From positions 14,063,614 to 14,127,513 of the forward strand of contig CM119266.1 in NCBI GenBank assembly GCA_051294375.1: a stretch of 63,900 bases of DNA, written 5' to 3'. The position numbers and the translations under genes were made by a program. Positions 26,082 to 39,109 of this stretch are shown piece after piece. The notes below the pieces were generated by a model. The model was given only the letters and a program-made list of their open reading frames with translations, ran no database searches and was not told the DNA's origin. How positions within the stretch are numbered: position 1 is the stretch's first letter; the number at the start of each line of letters is the position of its first letter. Origin of the DNA: Paraspadella gotoi (lineage: Eukaryota; Animalia; Chaetognatha).

Positions 26082-28944
26082 GTAAAATACAGGAACCAAG
26101 CTCGTAAATAACATTCTCCGGAAAATTCCCTGAAACTTATATCCTCAACAATCCCAAAAGATTTGCCAATTTCCTCACCAAAAAAAAGCCTTCAACTTCT
26201 CGATGAACAAATCGCTCTCGTTTAAACTCTCGGTGGAGGGGGGGCAAAAAAGGGGGGGAGGGGAGGGGGGGCAGAGGGGGGGGGAGGGAGGGAAAAGCGA
26301 GAAAATATCTCATCCATTAAAGACGGCGAACGCGGCAAACCAGATTTTTCATTCTTTCTTTTTTTTCTCCGCGCGTCTTTGTCTCCTCGTTTCCCGCGTG
26401 TGATATGTTCCTTTCTCGACGCTGTGATTGCTATCATTTACTACAACACCGGCGGGATTAAGTTCCTTCCTGCTCACGAGCCGACGTTTCGGATTCCGTT
26501 TCTCTTTCCTCAGCCGCGGCGTCAACTTCTTTAAGTCCTTCTAACTATTTTTTGGTTTCTACTATTTTTGACTTTTTCTTTTGTCTCATTTTTTTCCCGC
26601 GCAGTCGGTTGTTCTTTTTGTTTTAGGTTTGTTCTTTCTTTTTAAACTTGTAAGGACATTCATTTTCCTTAGTTAGGTTTCCCCAAAATGGTGAGAAAAC
26701 TTTGTAGCGAGAGAAAACGTGCAAGGAATTCCTCTCCTCCTATTCTTCGGAAGTTAAACGCCTCAGCCGGCCAACATATTTGTAATATATAACATAGATA
26801 CCTCCCATAGGAATTCGCTTGGGGAAAAAAAAAGAAGTCAAGACTCTTCATACGCTCCAACGAGGGGCGCATTTTCCTAAATTCGTTGTCTAAGAGAGAC
26901 TGCCATCCAATCAGGCGGTCTCTGCCGCTGTTCTCGCCAAGAATTACTTGCCCCATTGTCGTGGATTCCTATCGACACAGCGTGAATAGTTCTACACACC
27001 CCCAAACGAACGGGATTCCCTCCCACAGCGTGGAAATCCTCCCACGCGGGGATAATCGTACGACACGGGCGATTCCTAACTACTTCCTCCACGAGCGGGC
27101 ATTCCTCCTCCACCAACCGTGGGATTCTCTTCTTCTCCACGCCGGGATTTTCTCACCAGAAAAATTTTTAAATTTTTTTTTTTTTTTTTATTTTGCTCGC
27201 TGGGATTCCTGACGCAGCACAGGAGATGATTTTATCTCTTCCCACTATATGAGATGTCCTTACGCCCAGCAGCTGATTTTCCTCTCATACATCGGCGATT
27301 TCACTTCCAGCACGATGAAAACAGTCGAGAAATGCTTCACGGGTTCTCATTGAATGATATATTGAGGATTCGCATTGACGCTTAACATGGTTGTAAGAGA
27401 ATGAGAGCACGAGTTAGAGAGAGCAGAAAGAGATGTAGAGCACGAGAGAGAGGTTGAGCCAAAAATGTCCTGGAGAGCAAAGATGGACACAGAAAGAAGT
27501 TAGTATCAGGTATGGAGCACGTAGCAAATTAGAGAAAGCGCTACGTTTTCACCGGTTTTGTCGGACGACTCAATTCTGGCAAGTTGAACCAAATTATATG
27601 CCTGTTGACTCCAAGTTGATGGACTCAGTGTCGCACAAGGCTTCGCAAAAATCACCCGCCCAGTATTGCATGCACAGTCAAAATTAAATAGCCTGATAAT
27701 TTGTTTGGCCCGGTTCGGGTGAGAATCCTCCAAAGTAATTTGTACGAGGCTAGATATTTTAAAATTGTAAATCAATATATATAATTTACAAGTAGTAGCC
27801 AAATAGATTCAGGAAACTCCCATATATATAGTTGCTCTAAGTTTGACTCAACACGCGAATATATTCTTGCGCAAAAGTTGATCAAAAAATTATTTTTGCG
27901 CCGAAAACTGACGTGCCAAAATCTGGAGTCCGAACCCCAGTCGGAGAATGACCCCCAGGGATTTGTTTGCATATACCATCCTGTTTTTCTATCCTTCTAT
28001 GCACCGCCATAGTTGGACCCCCAAATAATCTGAGCACGATAATAGTTGACCACGTTGGAATTTCTGCCTCTCTCTTGCTCTTTCTTCTCTCGTCACTCCT
28101 CTCTCCGAAATTACTTCGTCTTGTCTCTCTCTCCTCTCTCTCTCCTCTCGAAGCTGTGATACTCTCTAATCACCCATAAAATTCACCCATTCACTCGGGG
28201 GCCAACCTTTAAAGCGCCTTCGGCCTTTGCAATGTGCCTCCAGCCTAATCAGCTTCCTGAATAATTAGATGATGGGGGAGTGGGCCGAGAGAAGATAGGG
28301 TGTGTAATAAATTTTGGTTACGCGAGACGAGATAACGATCTTGTCGAGGAAAATCCGTATCTTTCCCGACTTTATTGGAACAATGAGTCCTGGTGTGGAC
28401 CCGAAATCAGTGAATTTTTTGATCAGATGCTTCAAATTCACTGCTCCAGCTGACAAATTATGTTAGTTGCATCCCAATACTTAATGCCATAGACTGGAGG
28501 AAATCCCGTGTGGAGGAATCCGCACATGGAATCAATCTCCCATCACTGGGACGGAATCCGTGTTCGGGAGGTCAAATATCCCCCTCGTCGTGGGAGGAAT
28601 CCTGCATCTCTCGGCTCATTCGGGAGGGAATTCCGCTTCGTGGTGATACGCTTGCTCAATCTCCTCTTCTCGTCTCCTGCTGATGGGATACTGGAACGGT
28701 CAGATTTCCATTTTTCGCGTGGGAAGGTTATATTTACTACTGCTGTGGGAGGAATTTCGCGGGTTTTATAATGTCGACTCGTCCGGCGCTGCGGCTTAGG
28801 AATTTTTCCTTTCTCCGCGTCGGGAGGTATCCCTGCATCTCAGAGTCGAGAAGGAACGAAGTGTGGGAGGATATCAACCATTTTGGTCACACGACAGCCG
28901 TAGGAGGAACGTATTACACTGCGTGGCGGGAGAACCGCAGCGCA

Positions 28945-28978
<34 letters not shown>

Positions 28979-31083
28979 CGTGGATGAGAGGAGAGAGGAG
29001 GGAAATGAGAGAGAAGAGAGAGACGCACCGAGATGGTCGGAAAGGAATCGAGACGCAGAAAGAGAGAGAGAGAGGAGCGAGATGACGTTTCCAGTTTCCC
29101 ATACGCCACGCCAGGACTCGTGACTCTTTTCTCGTGTTGTGGCCAGCCAGCCTTGATACCCCGCTCAACCCCCCGTGTGGTCGATGATGTATTTACACGC
29201 ATGGGGACTGTTCGAGAAATATTACCGCTCTTGGCCTTTCTGGATGAGAGTGAAGCAGAGATTTGTGATTCCCTTCATTATGTAAAGCTCTCTCCGTTTT
29301 CGTGCGCACGCGCGCACCATCCTTTTCCGCGTTTTGGGCTCATGTGTATCATTTTCTCCTATGGGAGGTCACATATCCAACCCTCAGCAATCAATTCACC
29401 CAGTGAGGTTGGGCGGAGTTGGGGGGAGGTGTAAATGTCGCCAATGTAGCTTTGGGAAATTGGGGATATTGAATATTGCCCCGTGTGGAGCAAATTCCTT
29501 GGGAGGGCAAGTACCCAGCTCGGGTGGAGGAATCTCACGCTTGTGGGAGGAAATCCCCACCGCACGAAGTCAGTCATAACACCCAAGGACCGCGGGTTCG
29601 GGAGGAATACCACGAGCGACTCTGCTTCGGAGGTCAAGCCGACATTCCGCAACTCGGACAGCTCGAGCATTTTAGAGCGAGGTGCGGCCTGGGAAGAACG
29701 ATTTTCGCTCATTCCCACAATTGTAGCGTTTGCACTCGAGTCGTCTCATCTCATCAATTTGCTCTCTTATCCGTCTCCTTCTGGCATTTCCGCTTCCGAC
29801 GATGAGTTCTCGATTTTATTAGATAGGCTTTACACGATTATGAAATTCATCCAGAGTTTTCGCCTTTTGAACCGCGGAAAAGCGCCGAAGGCCTCTCGCC
29901 CCTTTCGCTTCGCCCGCGAACCCCCTCTTCCCGCGCAGTTTTCACGAGATATATGGTACTTTTCTGGTCTCTACTGAATATGGTCAGTATGCGACCAAAT
30001 CCGAGGAATCTTAGAGACTTGGAAAAAAAAATGACTCGCCTCTCCTCTCATTCTCTCCTCTCTCTCTCTCGGTCTCTCTCTCCCAGAGTCTCTCTCTCTC
30101 TCTCTTCTCTCTCATCTCTCTCTCTCCTCTCTCGATGTCTCTCTCTCTCTCTCTCTCTCTTCATCAGCGGATCCTCGTTTTCAAATAATGCGAAGACCGG
30201 TGGCGGGTTTTTTGGGCGACGTACCATTTGGCGACCTCGACCTCGGCTCGCCTTCTTCTGTCGCGATCACATATCGATGTTTAGTTGTGCTCGATGAATT
30301 GATACCCACGCCGCCCCTACCCCCCGACTTCCGAAGCATCATTTATCCTGGGAATTTCCCGGTTCCGCTTCCGTTTCGATCCCCACTGCCGACTATAAAG
30401 GAGATCCCCCGGTTCAATTCCAACATTTTATCAAATCTCCACTGCGGTAATCTCTATCCATCCCTTCTCTCTCAATCCCCTCTTCATACGTTAAGATCCC
30501 CTTCGTGACCTATCGATCCTTCTTTGAACAATTTTCATCCCCTATGCGATCCCCAAAATCTCCCTTAACTTCATCCCCCTCGAGACAGAGCAAGAGAAGC
30601 GGCAGAAGACGGCTTTCCTGATTTTTTTTTTTTTTTTTGACAAGAGAAGAATCGATGAAAATCGAAAAATTCAGAACAAATCTTTTGTTGCTTCTTCGCT
30701 GTCATATGTCCTCTCTTTTATATTTTAGAGTATAGTTTATGCAACTAGTCAGACTATTTTATAGATAATATATATATAATAATCTCGGCTAATTGCGTAG
30801 TTTGTGAAACACCTGGTTCACAGGTCTAGATCTGCTCGGCAGGTCGTCTGTTTTCCGTCTGTTGCTTGTTCACATCATGTGCCTCTTTTCCTTATCTGTT
30901 CTTTCTCGGGCTGGCTAATACCTGCACACGCCTTGGGCTGCGAGTGTCTTTAAATCGATATCGGAGCTGTAAGCTAAAGGAGCTGGCATTTATTTCTCAA
31001 TTCTCTCTCTCCTCTCTCTATTCTCTCATCTCTCCTCTCTTCGATTCATCTCTCTCTCTTCTCTCTCTTCTTCTCTCTCTTCA
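26082..31083 (-). other. Probable assembly artefact: noisy inverted copy of 31085-32040 plus 35894-38110
   Basis: 26082-26700 matches rc(37540-38110); ~27700-27960 matches rc(36840-37030); ~29050-29710 matches rc(35900-36310); ~29910-30750 matches rc(31325-32040). Fold-back centre at ~31083. Starts right after the N25 at 26057-26081. Confidence 0.88.
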
Positions 31084-31876
31084 AGGAGAGAGAGAGAGAG
31101 AGATTGAGAAAATAAATGCAGCTCCTTTAAGCTTTACAGCTCCCGATATCGATTTAAAGAACTCGAGCAGAGGGTGTGAGGTATAGAGCGAGAAGAAAGA
31201 TAAGGAAAGAGGGATGATGTGAAAAGCAAAGAGAAAAAGAATGCGAGAGATAGAGTGAACAGTGTTCACAGAACACGCATGAGCGAGATAGAGAGAGAGT
31301 GAAAAAAGAAAACAGAAAATAGTCTGACTAGTTGCAGAAAGCGAACGAGTGGCGAATAATATAAAGAGAGACAGAGAGAGAGACAGAGAGCGAGACAGCG
31401 AAGAGCCAAAAAGTTTTGTTTATTTTTGTTTTCATCGATTCTTCTCTTGTCAAAAAAAAAAAAAAAAATCGGAAGCCGTCTCTGCCGCTCTTTGCTCTGT
31501 CGGGTCGAGGGGGGATTGAATAGGGGATGGATTGGGGATCGATAGGGGATGAAAAATTGTTCAAAAGAAGGGATCGATAGGTCAGGGAAGGGGGATCGAT
31601 AACGGATGAAGAGGGGATTGAGAGAGAAGGGATTGATAGATTACCGAGTGGAGATTTTGATAAAATGTTGAAATTGAACGGGGATCTCCTATAGTCGGAG
31701 TGGGGATCGAAACGGAAGCGGAACGGGAAATTCCAGGGATAAATGATGCTTCGGAAGTCGGGGGGGCTAGGGGGGCGGTGGGTGTGATCGACAGAGAAGG
31801 CGAGCGAGAGTCGAGGTCGCCAAAGGTCGTCGCCCAAAACCGCCACCGGTTTCGATTATTCGAAAACCGAGGATCC

Positions 31877-31936
<60 letters not shown>

Positions 31937-32065
31937 AGAGAGCGAGTCATTTTTTTCTTCTTTTCCGATCCTCGGATTTCGCAAGGGATTCGAGCAAGAA
32001 GTCAACGGAGCGCGGGGAAGAGGGGGTTCGCGGGCGAGCGNNNNNNNNNNNNNNNNNNNNNNNNN

Positions 32066-34928
32066 GTAAAATACAGGAACCAAGCTCGTAAATAACATTC
32101 TCCGGAAAATTCCCTGAAACTTATATCCTCAACAATCCCAAAAGATTTGCCAATTTCCTCACCAAAAAAAAGCCTTCAACTTCTCGATGAACAAATCGCT
32201 CTCGTTTAAACTCTCGGTGGAGGGGGGGCAAAAAAGGGGGGGAGGGGAGGGGGGGCAGAGGGGGGGGGAGGGAGGGAAAAGCGAGAAAATATCTCATCCA
32301 TTAAAGACGGCGAACGCGGCAAACCAGATTTTTCATTCTTTCTTTTTTTTCTCCGCGCGTCTTTGTCTCCTCGTTTCCCGCGTGTGATATGTTCCTTTCT
32401 CGACGCTGTGATTGCTATCATTTACTACAACACCGGCGGGATTAAGTTCCTTCCTGCTCACGAGCCGACGTTTCGGATTCCGTTTCTCTTTCCTCAGCCG
32501 CGGCGTCAACTTCTTTAAGTCCTTCTAACTATTTTTTGGTTTCTACTATTTTTGACTTTTTCTTTTGTCTCATTTTTTTCCCGCGCAGTCGGTTGTTCTT
32601 TTTGTTTTAGGTTTGTTCTTTCTTTTTAAACTTGTAAGGACATTCATTTTCCTTAGTTAGGTTTCCCCAAAATGGTGAGAAAACTTTGTAGCGAGAGAAA
32701 ACGTGCAAGGAATTCCTCTCCTCCTATTCTTCGGAAGTTAAACGCCTCAGCCGGCCAACATATTTGTAATATATAACATAGATACCTCCCATAGGAATTC
32801 GCTTGGGGAAAAAAAAAGAAGTCAAGACTCTTCATACGCTCCAACGAGGGGCGCATTTTCCTAAATTCGTTGTCTAAGAGAGACTGCCATCCAATCAGGC
32901 GGTCTCTGCCGCTGTTCTCGCCAAGAATTACTTGCCCCATTGTCGTGGATTCCTATCGACACAGCGTGAATAGTTCTACACACCCCCAAACGAACGGGAT
33001 TCCCTCCCACAGCGTGGAAATCCTCCCACGCGGGGATAATCGTACGACACGGGCGATTCCTAACTACTTCCTCCACGAGCGGGCATTCCTCCTCCACCAA
33101 CCGTGGGATTCTCTTCTTCTCCACGCCGGGATTTTCTCACCAGAAAAATTTTTAAATTTTTTTTTTTTTTTTTATTTTGCTCGCTGGGATTCCTGACGCA
33201 GCACAGGAGATGATTTTATCTCTTCCCACTATATGAGATGTCCTTACGCCCAGCAGCTGATTTTCCTCTCATACATCGGCGATTTCACTTCCAGCACGAT
33301 GAAAACAGTCGAGAAATGCTTCACGGGTTCTCATTGAATGATATATTGAGGATTCGCATTGACGCTTAACATGGTTGTAAGAGAATGAGAGCACGAGTTA
33401 GAGAGAGCAGAAAGAGATGTAGAGCACGAGAGAGAGGTTGAGCCAAAAATGTCCTGGAGAGCAAAGATGGACACAGAAAGAAGTTAGTATCAGGTATGGA
33501 GCACGTAGCAAATTAGAGAAAGCGCTACGTTTTCACCGGTTTTGTCGGACGACTCAATTCTGGCAAGTTGAACCAAATTATATGCCTGTTGACTCCAAGT
33601 TGATGGACTCAGTGTCGCACAAGGCTTCGCAAAAATCACCCGCCCAGTATTGCATGCACAGTCAAAATTAAATAGCCTGATAATTTGTTTGGCCCGGTTC
33701 GGGTGAGAATCCTCCAAAGTAATTTGTACGAGGCTAGATATTTTAAAATTGTAAATCAATATATATAATTTACAAGTAGTAGCCAAATAGATTCAGGAAA
33801 CTCCCATATATATAGTTGCTCTAAGTTTGACTCAACACGCGAATATATTCTTGCGCAAAAGTTGATCAAAAAATTATTTTTGCGCCGAAAACTGACGTGC
33901 CAAAATCTGGAGTCCGAACCCCAGTCGGAGAATGACCCCCAGGGATTTGTTTGCATATACCATCCTGTTTTTCTATCCTTCTATGCACCGCCATAGTTGG
34001 ACCCCCAAATAATCTGAGCACGATAATAGTTGACCACGTTGGAATTTCTGCCTCTCTCTTGCTCTTTCTTCTCTCGTCACTCCTCTCTCCGAAATTACTT
34101 CGTCTTGTCTCTCTCTCCTCTCTCTCTCCTCTCGAAGCTGTGATACTCTCTAATCACCCATAAAATTCACCCATTCACTCGGGGGCCAACCTTTAAAGCG
34201 CCTTCGGCCTTTGCAATGTGCCTCCAGCCTAATCAGCTTCCTGAATAATTAGATGATGGGGGAGTGGGCCGAGAGAAGATAGGGTGTGTAATAAATTTTG
34301 GTTACGCGAGACGAGATAACGATCTTGTCGAGGAAAATCCGTATCTTTCCCGACTTTATTGGAACAATGAGTCCTGGTGTGGACCCGAAATCAGTGAATT
34401 TTTTGATCAGATGCTTCAAATTCACTGCTCCAGCTGACAAATTATGTTAGTTGCATCCCAATACTTAATGCCATAGACTGGAGGAAATCCCGTGTGGAGG
34501 AATCCGCACATGGAATCAATCTCCCATCACTGGGACGGAATCCGTGTTCGGGAGGTCAAATATCCCCCTCGTCGTGGGAGGAATCCTGCATCTCTCGGCT
34601 CATTCGGGAGGGAATTCCGCTTCGTGGTGATACGCTTGCTCAATCTCCTCTTCTCGTCTCCTGCTGATGGGATACTGGAACGGTCAGATTTCCATTTTTC
34701 GCGTGGGAAGGTTATATTTACTACTGCTGTGGGAGGAATTTCGCGGGTTTTATAATGTCGACTCGTCCGGCGCTGCGGCTTAGGAATTTTTCCTTTCTCC
34801 GCGTCGGGAGGTATCCCTGCATCTCAGAGTCGAGAAGGAACGAAGTGTGGGAGGATATCAACCATTTTGGTCACACGACAGCCGTAGGAGGAACGTATTA
34901 CACTGCGTGGCGGGAGAACCGCAGCGCA

Positions 34929-34962
<34 letters not shown>

Positions 34963-35893
34963 CGTGGATGAGAGGAGAGAGGAGGGAAATGAGAGAGAAG
35001 AGAGAGACGCACCGAGATGGTCGGAAAGGAATCGAGACGCAGAAAGAGAGAGAGAGAGGAGCGAGATGACGTTTCCAGTTTCCCATACGCCACGCCAGGA
35101 CTCGTGACTCTTTTCTCGTGTTGTGGCCAGCCAGCCTTGATACCCCGCTCAACCCCCCGTGTGGTCGATGATGTATTTACACGCATGGGGACTGTTCGAG
35201 AAATATTACCGCTCTTGGCCTTTCTGGATGAGAGTGAAGCAGAGATTTGTGATTCCCTTCATTATGTAAAGCTCTCTCCGTTTTCGTGCGCACGCGCGCA
35301 CCATCCTTTTCCGCGTTTTGGGCTCATGTGTATCATTTTCTCCTATGGGAGGTCACATATCCAACCCTCAGCAATCAATTCACCCAGTGAGGTTGGGCGG
35401 AGTTGGGGGGAGGTGTAAATGTCGCCAATGTAGCTTTGGGAAATTGGGGATATTGAATATTGCCCCGTGTGGAGCAAATTCCTTGGGAGGGCAAGTACCC
35501 AGCTCGGGTGGAGGAATCTCACGCTTGTGGGAGGAAATCCCCACCGCACGAAGTCAGTCATAACACCCAAGGACCGCGGGTTCGGGAGGAATACCACGAG
35601 CGACTCTGCTTCGGAGGTCAAGCCGACATTCCGCAACTCGGACAGCTCGAGCATTTTAGAGCGAGGTGCGGCCTGGGAAGAACGATTTTCGCTCATTCCC
35701 ACAATTGTAGCGTTTGCACTCGAGTCGTCTCATCTCATCAATTTGCTCTCTTATCCGTCTCCTTCTGGCATTTCCGCTTCCGACGATGAGTTCTCGATTT
35801 TATTAGATAGGCTTTACACGATTATGAAATTCATCCAGAGTTTTCGCCTTTTGAACCGCGGAAAAGCGCCGAAGGCCTCTCGCCCCTTTCGCT
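32066..35893 (-). repeat. Apparently exact 3828-bp direct duplicate of 26082-29909 (same noisy read used twice)
   Basis: Identical ORF translations at a constant offset of 5984, with shared read errors. Both copies start GTAAAATACAGGAACC immediately after a 25-N gap and diverge after CCTTTCGCT. Confidence 0.95.
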
Positions 35894-35954
35894 AGAGATA
35901 AGGGAAGGAAAATCTCTTCCCAGGCCGCACCTGTCAGGATCGAGCGGGAGGGAT

Positions 35955-36035
35955 GGATCGCTCGGGATTCGAACCCGGGTCCTTGGGGTTATGATTCGAC
36001 TTCGTGGGTGGCTGAGGAAACCGTTTCGCGCCAAC
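35955..36035 (-). pseudogene. Degenerate tRNA-Met-like sequence or tRNA-derived SINE head
   Basis: Minus strand reads TGGCGCGAAACGG (A-box-like) ... TCATAACCCCAAGGACCCGGGTTCGAATCCCG (CAT anticodon-loop-like sequence, variable loop, T-arm with B-box GGTTCGAATCC). The anticodon and acceptor stems do not pair and A-box spacing is too long. Confidence 0.3.
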
Positions 36036-36293
36036 AAATCCCATCCCTCATTGCCTACACCTCCCCCCACTCCGCCACTTGGTGAGATGGTGAGGGTTGG
36101 ATATTGATAGAAAGGAAAGAGAAGAAAAGGGGGGGAAAGGAAAGCGTTACATAAAAGAAGGAATCACAAATCTTGTCATTTCGCGAAAGGCCAAGGCGTA
36201 AATTTCGAAAGCTTAAGATAGAAGGGTGAGCGGGGATCAAGTGGGAAAAGAGAAAAGAGTACGAGTCCTGGGTGGGTGATGGGAACTGGAAAC

Positions 36294-36326
<33 letters not shown>

Positions 36327-38472
36327 NNNNNNNNNNNNNNNNNNNNNNNNNNNNNNNNNNNNNNNNNNNNNNNNNNNNNNNNNNNNNNNNNNNNNNNNNN
36401 NNNNNNNNNNNNNNNNNNNNNNNNNNNNNNNNNNNNNNNNNNNNNNNNNNNNNNNNNNNNNNNNNNNNNNNNNNNNNNNNNNNNNNNNNNNNNNNNNNNN
36501 NNNNNNNNNNNNNNNNNNNNNNNNNNNNNNNNNNNNNNNNNNNNNNNNNNNNNNNNNNNNNNNNNNNNNNNNNNNNNNNNNNNNNNNNNNNNNNNNNNNN
36601 NNNNNNNNNNNNNNNNNNNNNNNNNNNNNNNNNNNNNNNNNNNNNNNNNNNNNNNNNNNNNNNNNNNNNNNNNNNNNNNNNNNNNNNNNNNNNNNNNNNN
36701 NNNNNNNNNNNNNNNNNNNNNNNNNNNNNNNNNNNNNNNNNNNNNNNNNNNNNNNNNNNNNNNNNNNNNNNNNNNNNNNNNNNAGAAATTCCCGGAGGGA
36801 TACTCTGGGTAAATGGTAGAAGGGAGAAAACGGGGTAGGCAAAAAATCCCTGGGTCATTCCGGAGTTCGGACTCCAGATTTTGGAGTCAGTTTCGGCGAA
36901 AGATATTCACGCGTTTGAAAAACAAAAAGGGGATTTAAGGTGAATCTTTTTTCTACTTGTAAATTTTGTGTTATTTTTACAATTTTAAAAATATCTAACC
37001 TCGAAATTTTTAGGATTCTTGACCCGAACCGGGCAAAAATCGGCTAAAATTTTGACTTGCATGTGGGCGGGTGATTTTTTGCGAAGGCTTTCAACGATCT
37101 CGCGGAAGTCCCGACAAACTGAAACGTAGGCGTTTCTCTCTCTCTCTCNNNNNNNNNNNNNNNNNNNNNNNNNNNNNNNNNNNNNNNNNNNNNNNNNNNN
37201 NNNNNNNNNNNNNNNNNNNNNNNNNNNNNNNNNNNNNNNNNNNNNNNNNNNNNNNNNNNNNNNNNNNNNNNNNNNNNNNNNNNNNNNNNNNNNNNNNNNN
37301 NNAAAAAAAAAAAAAAAAATTTTCGTGAGAAAAGTGAGCGGGATATTTGGTCTCGGATTCGTGGTTTACTAGTGTCATAAAAAGATGGGAACAGGGCAGC
37401 CGATGAGGCATCTCTCTTCACGATTTAAAGGCTCCCCTGAGGTATGAAGAGTCTTGACTTCTTTTTTTTCTCCCCGAGTTTATCTTTTTAAAAAACATGT
37501 TGCCCGTACTTCGGAAGGAAATGAGAACGTTTTCTCTCGTACAAAGTTTTTTCACCATTTTGGGAAACCGAGACTAAGGAAAATGAAGTCTTTAAAGTTT
37601 AAAAAGAAAAAAAACCTAAAACAAAAAGAACAACCGACTGCGCGGGAAAAAATGAGACAAAAGAAAAAGTCAAAATAGTAGAACCAAAAAAAAAATATAG
37701 AAGGATTAAAGAGTGGCGCCTGAAGAAACATCGAAACGTGGGAAAACTGGGTTTTTAAATATAGAAAAGTCGAAAGACTATAAGAGGGAAAAATTTCGAG
37801 GAGACTAGAAAGACGCGCGCGGAGCAAAAAAGATACAGATGAAAAAACGGTTTCCCTGCGTGTCGCCGTCTTGTAAATGATGAGAATATCTTTCTCCGGC
37901 TTTTACTACCCTTCCAGGCCCCCTGCCCCCCCTCCGCCCTCCCGCGACTCCTCTGCGCCCCCTCCAAGAGCTAAACGAGCGTATTTTTGTCATCGAGGTG
38001 TGAAGGCTTTTTTTTTGGTGAGGGAATTGCATATCTTATGGGGATGTTGAAGGATAAGTTTCAGTTTGGAGATTTCGAGTTTATTGACCGGAGTTGGTTT
38101 TGTTACATTTTTTACGGTTGAAGGAGAAAAACTGGGGTCACAAGTTACTATATGCTAGGATACAAAAAGTCAAACATGAATCCAAGGCAACGGGAGAAGT
38201 TGAAAAGCCACGCCCGAAGATAGAAAGACATTCAGACATTGAGACAGACACGCGACAGACACAGAGAAAGAAAAAAAGATTTCCCCAAGAGCCTCACTTG
38301 GATCAGGAAATGCGCTCCTTTATTTTTGGTCGCGTCTGTTTTTGTTTACCTCTAATCGGAAGAAACGATTTCCTCCGGACGATCGCGTTCTTGATTTCCG
38401 CCCGGATTATCTCCAAGATTGGATTTTAAAATGGATTTGCTCTCATCTTCCTCTCTCTCTCTCTCTCTCTTC

Positions 38473-38506
<34 letters not shown>

Positions 38507-38931
38507 TCTGATTGCTGCCTTTTTTTGTTTTGAGCCACAAAGAGAGAGAGAAGAGAGAAAGTTTATAAGAAGAAAGAGAAAAGAATCGTTCCTTCGATTG
38601 ATTCCGAAATAAAAAAAAAAAGATGAGGGTTAGGAGTGAGGGGGTGGGCGGGTGGCGATGCCGGGGTCTCTCCCCCCCCCTTAAAACGAAGACGGAACAA
38701 TGGCGCTTGATTGCTTCTTCTTGCCTTAGATATCTCTTAGCGGCCATAATTTACTTTTTATCTTTTCTCCTTTCCCTTAATATTTCTTCCTCTTGAGGTT
38801 TTTTTTTCCTTTTTATTTTCTTCCTTTACTTTCGTCTGCCGAAATATCATTATAATATACTTTCTGCTCCCTTCTTACTTTTTTTTACCTTCTCGGGTTC
38901 CTTATTGCTTTTTACTATTTTTCTCTTCTCG

Positions 38932-38964
<33 letters not shown>

Positions 38965-38970
38965 TCTCTC

Positions 38971-39010
<40 letters not shown>

Positions 39011-39072
39011 CTCATCTCTCGAGCTCTTTTTCCACTTTACATAATCTGCCGCACGCAGAAGGGTAGAACGGA

Positions 39073-39109
<37 letters not shown>

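Noticed and set aside
28490-28930. CRISPR-like repeat-spacer array (recurring GTGGGAGGAATCC)
   Set aside because: The repeats are short, degenerate and irregularly spaced. There are no cas genes, the context is eukaryotic, and the region lies inside a noisy read.
26082-38110. Giant biological palindrome, foldback transposon or gene-amplification structure
   Set aside because: One arm is insertion-rich and starts exactly at a 25-N gap, the identical noisy arm occurs twice, and the same pattern recurs at all five N25 gaps.
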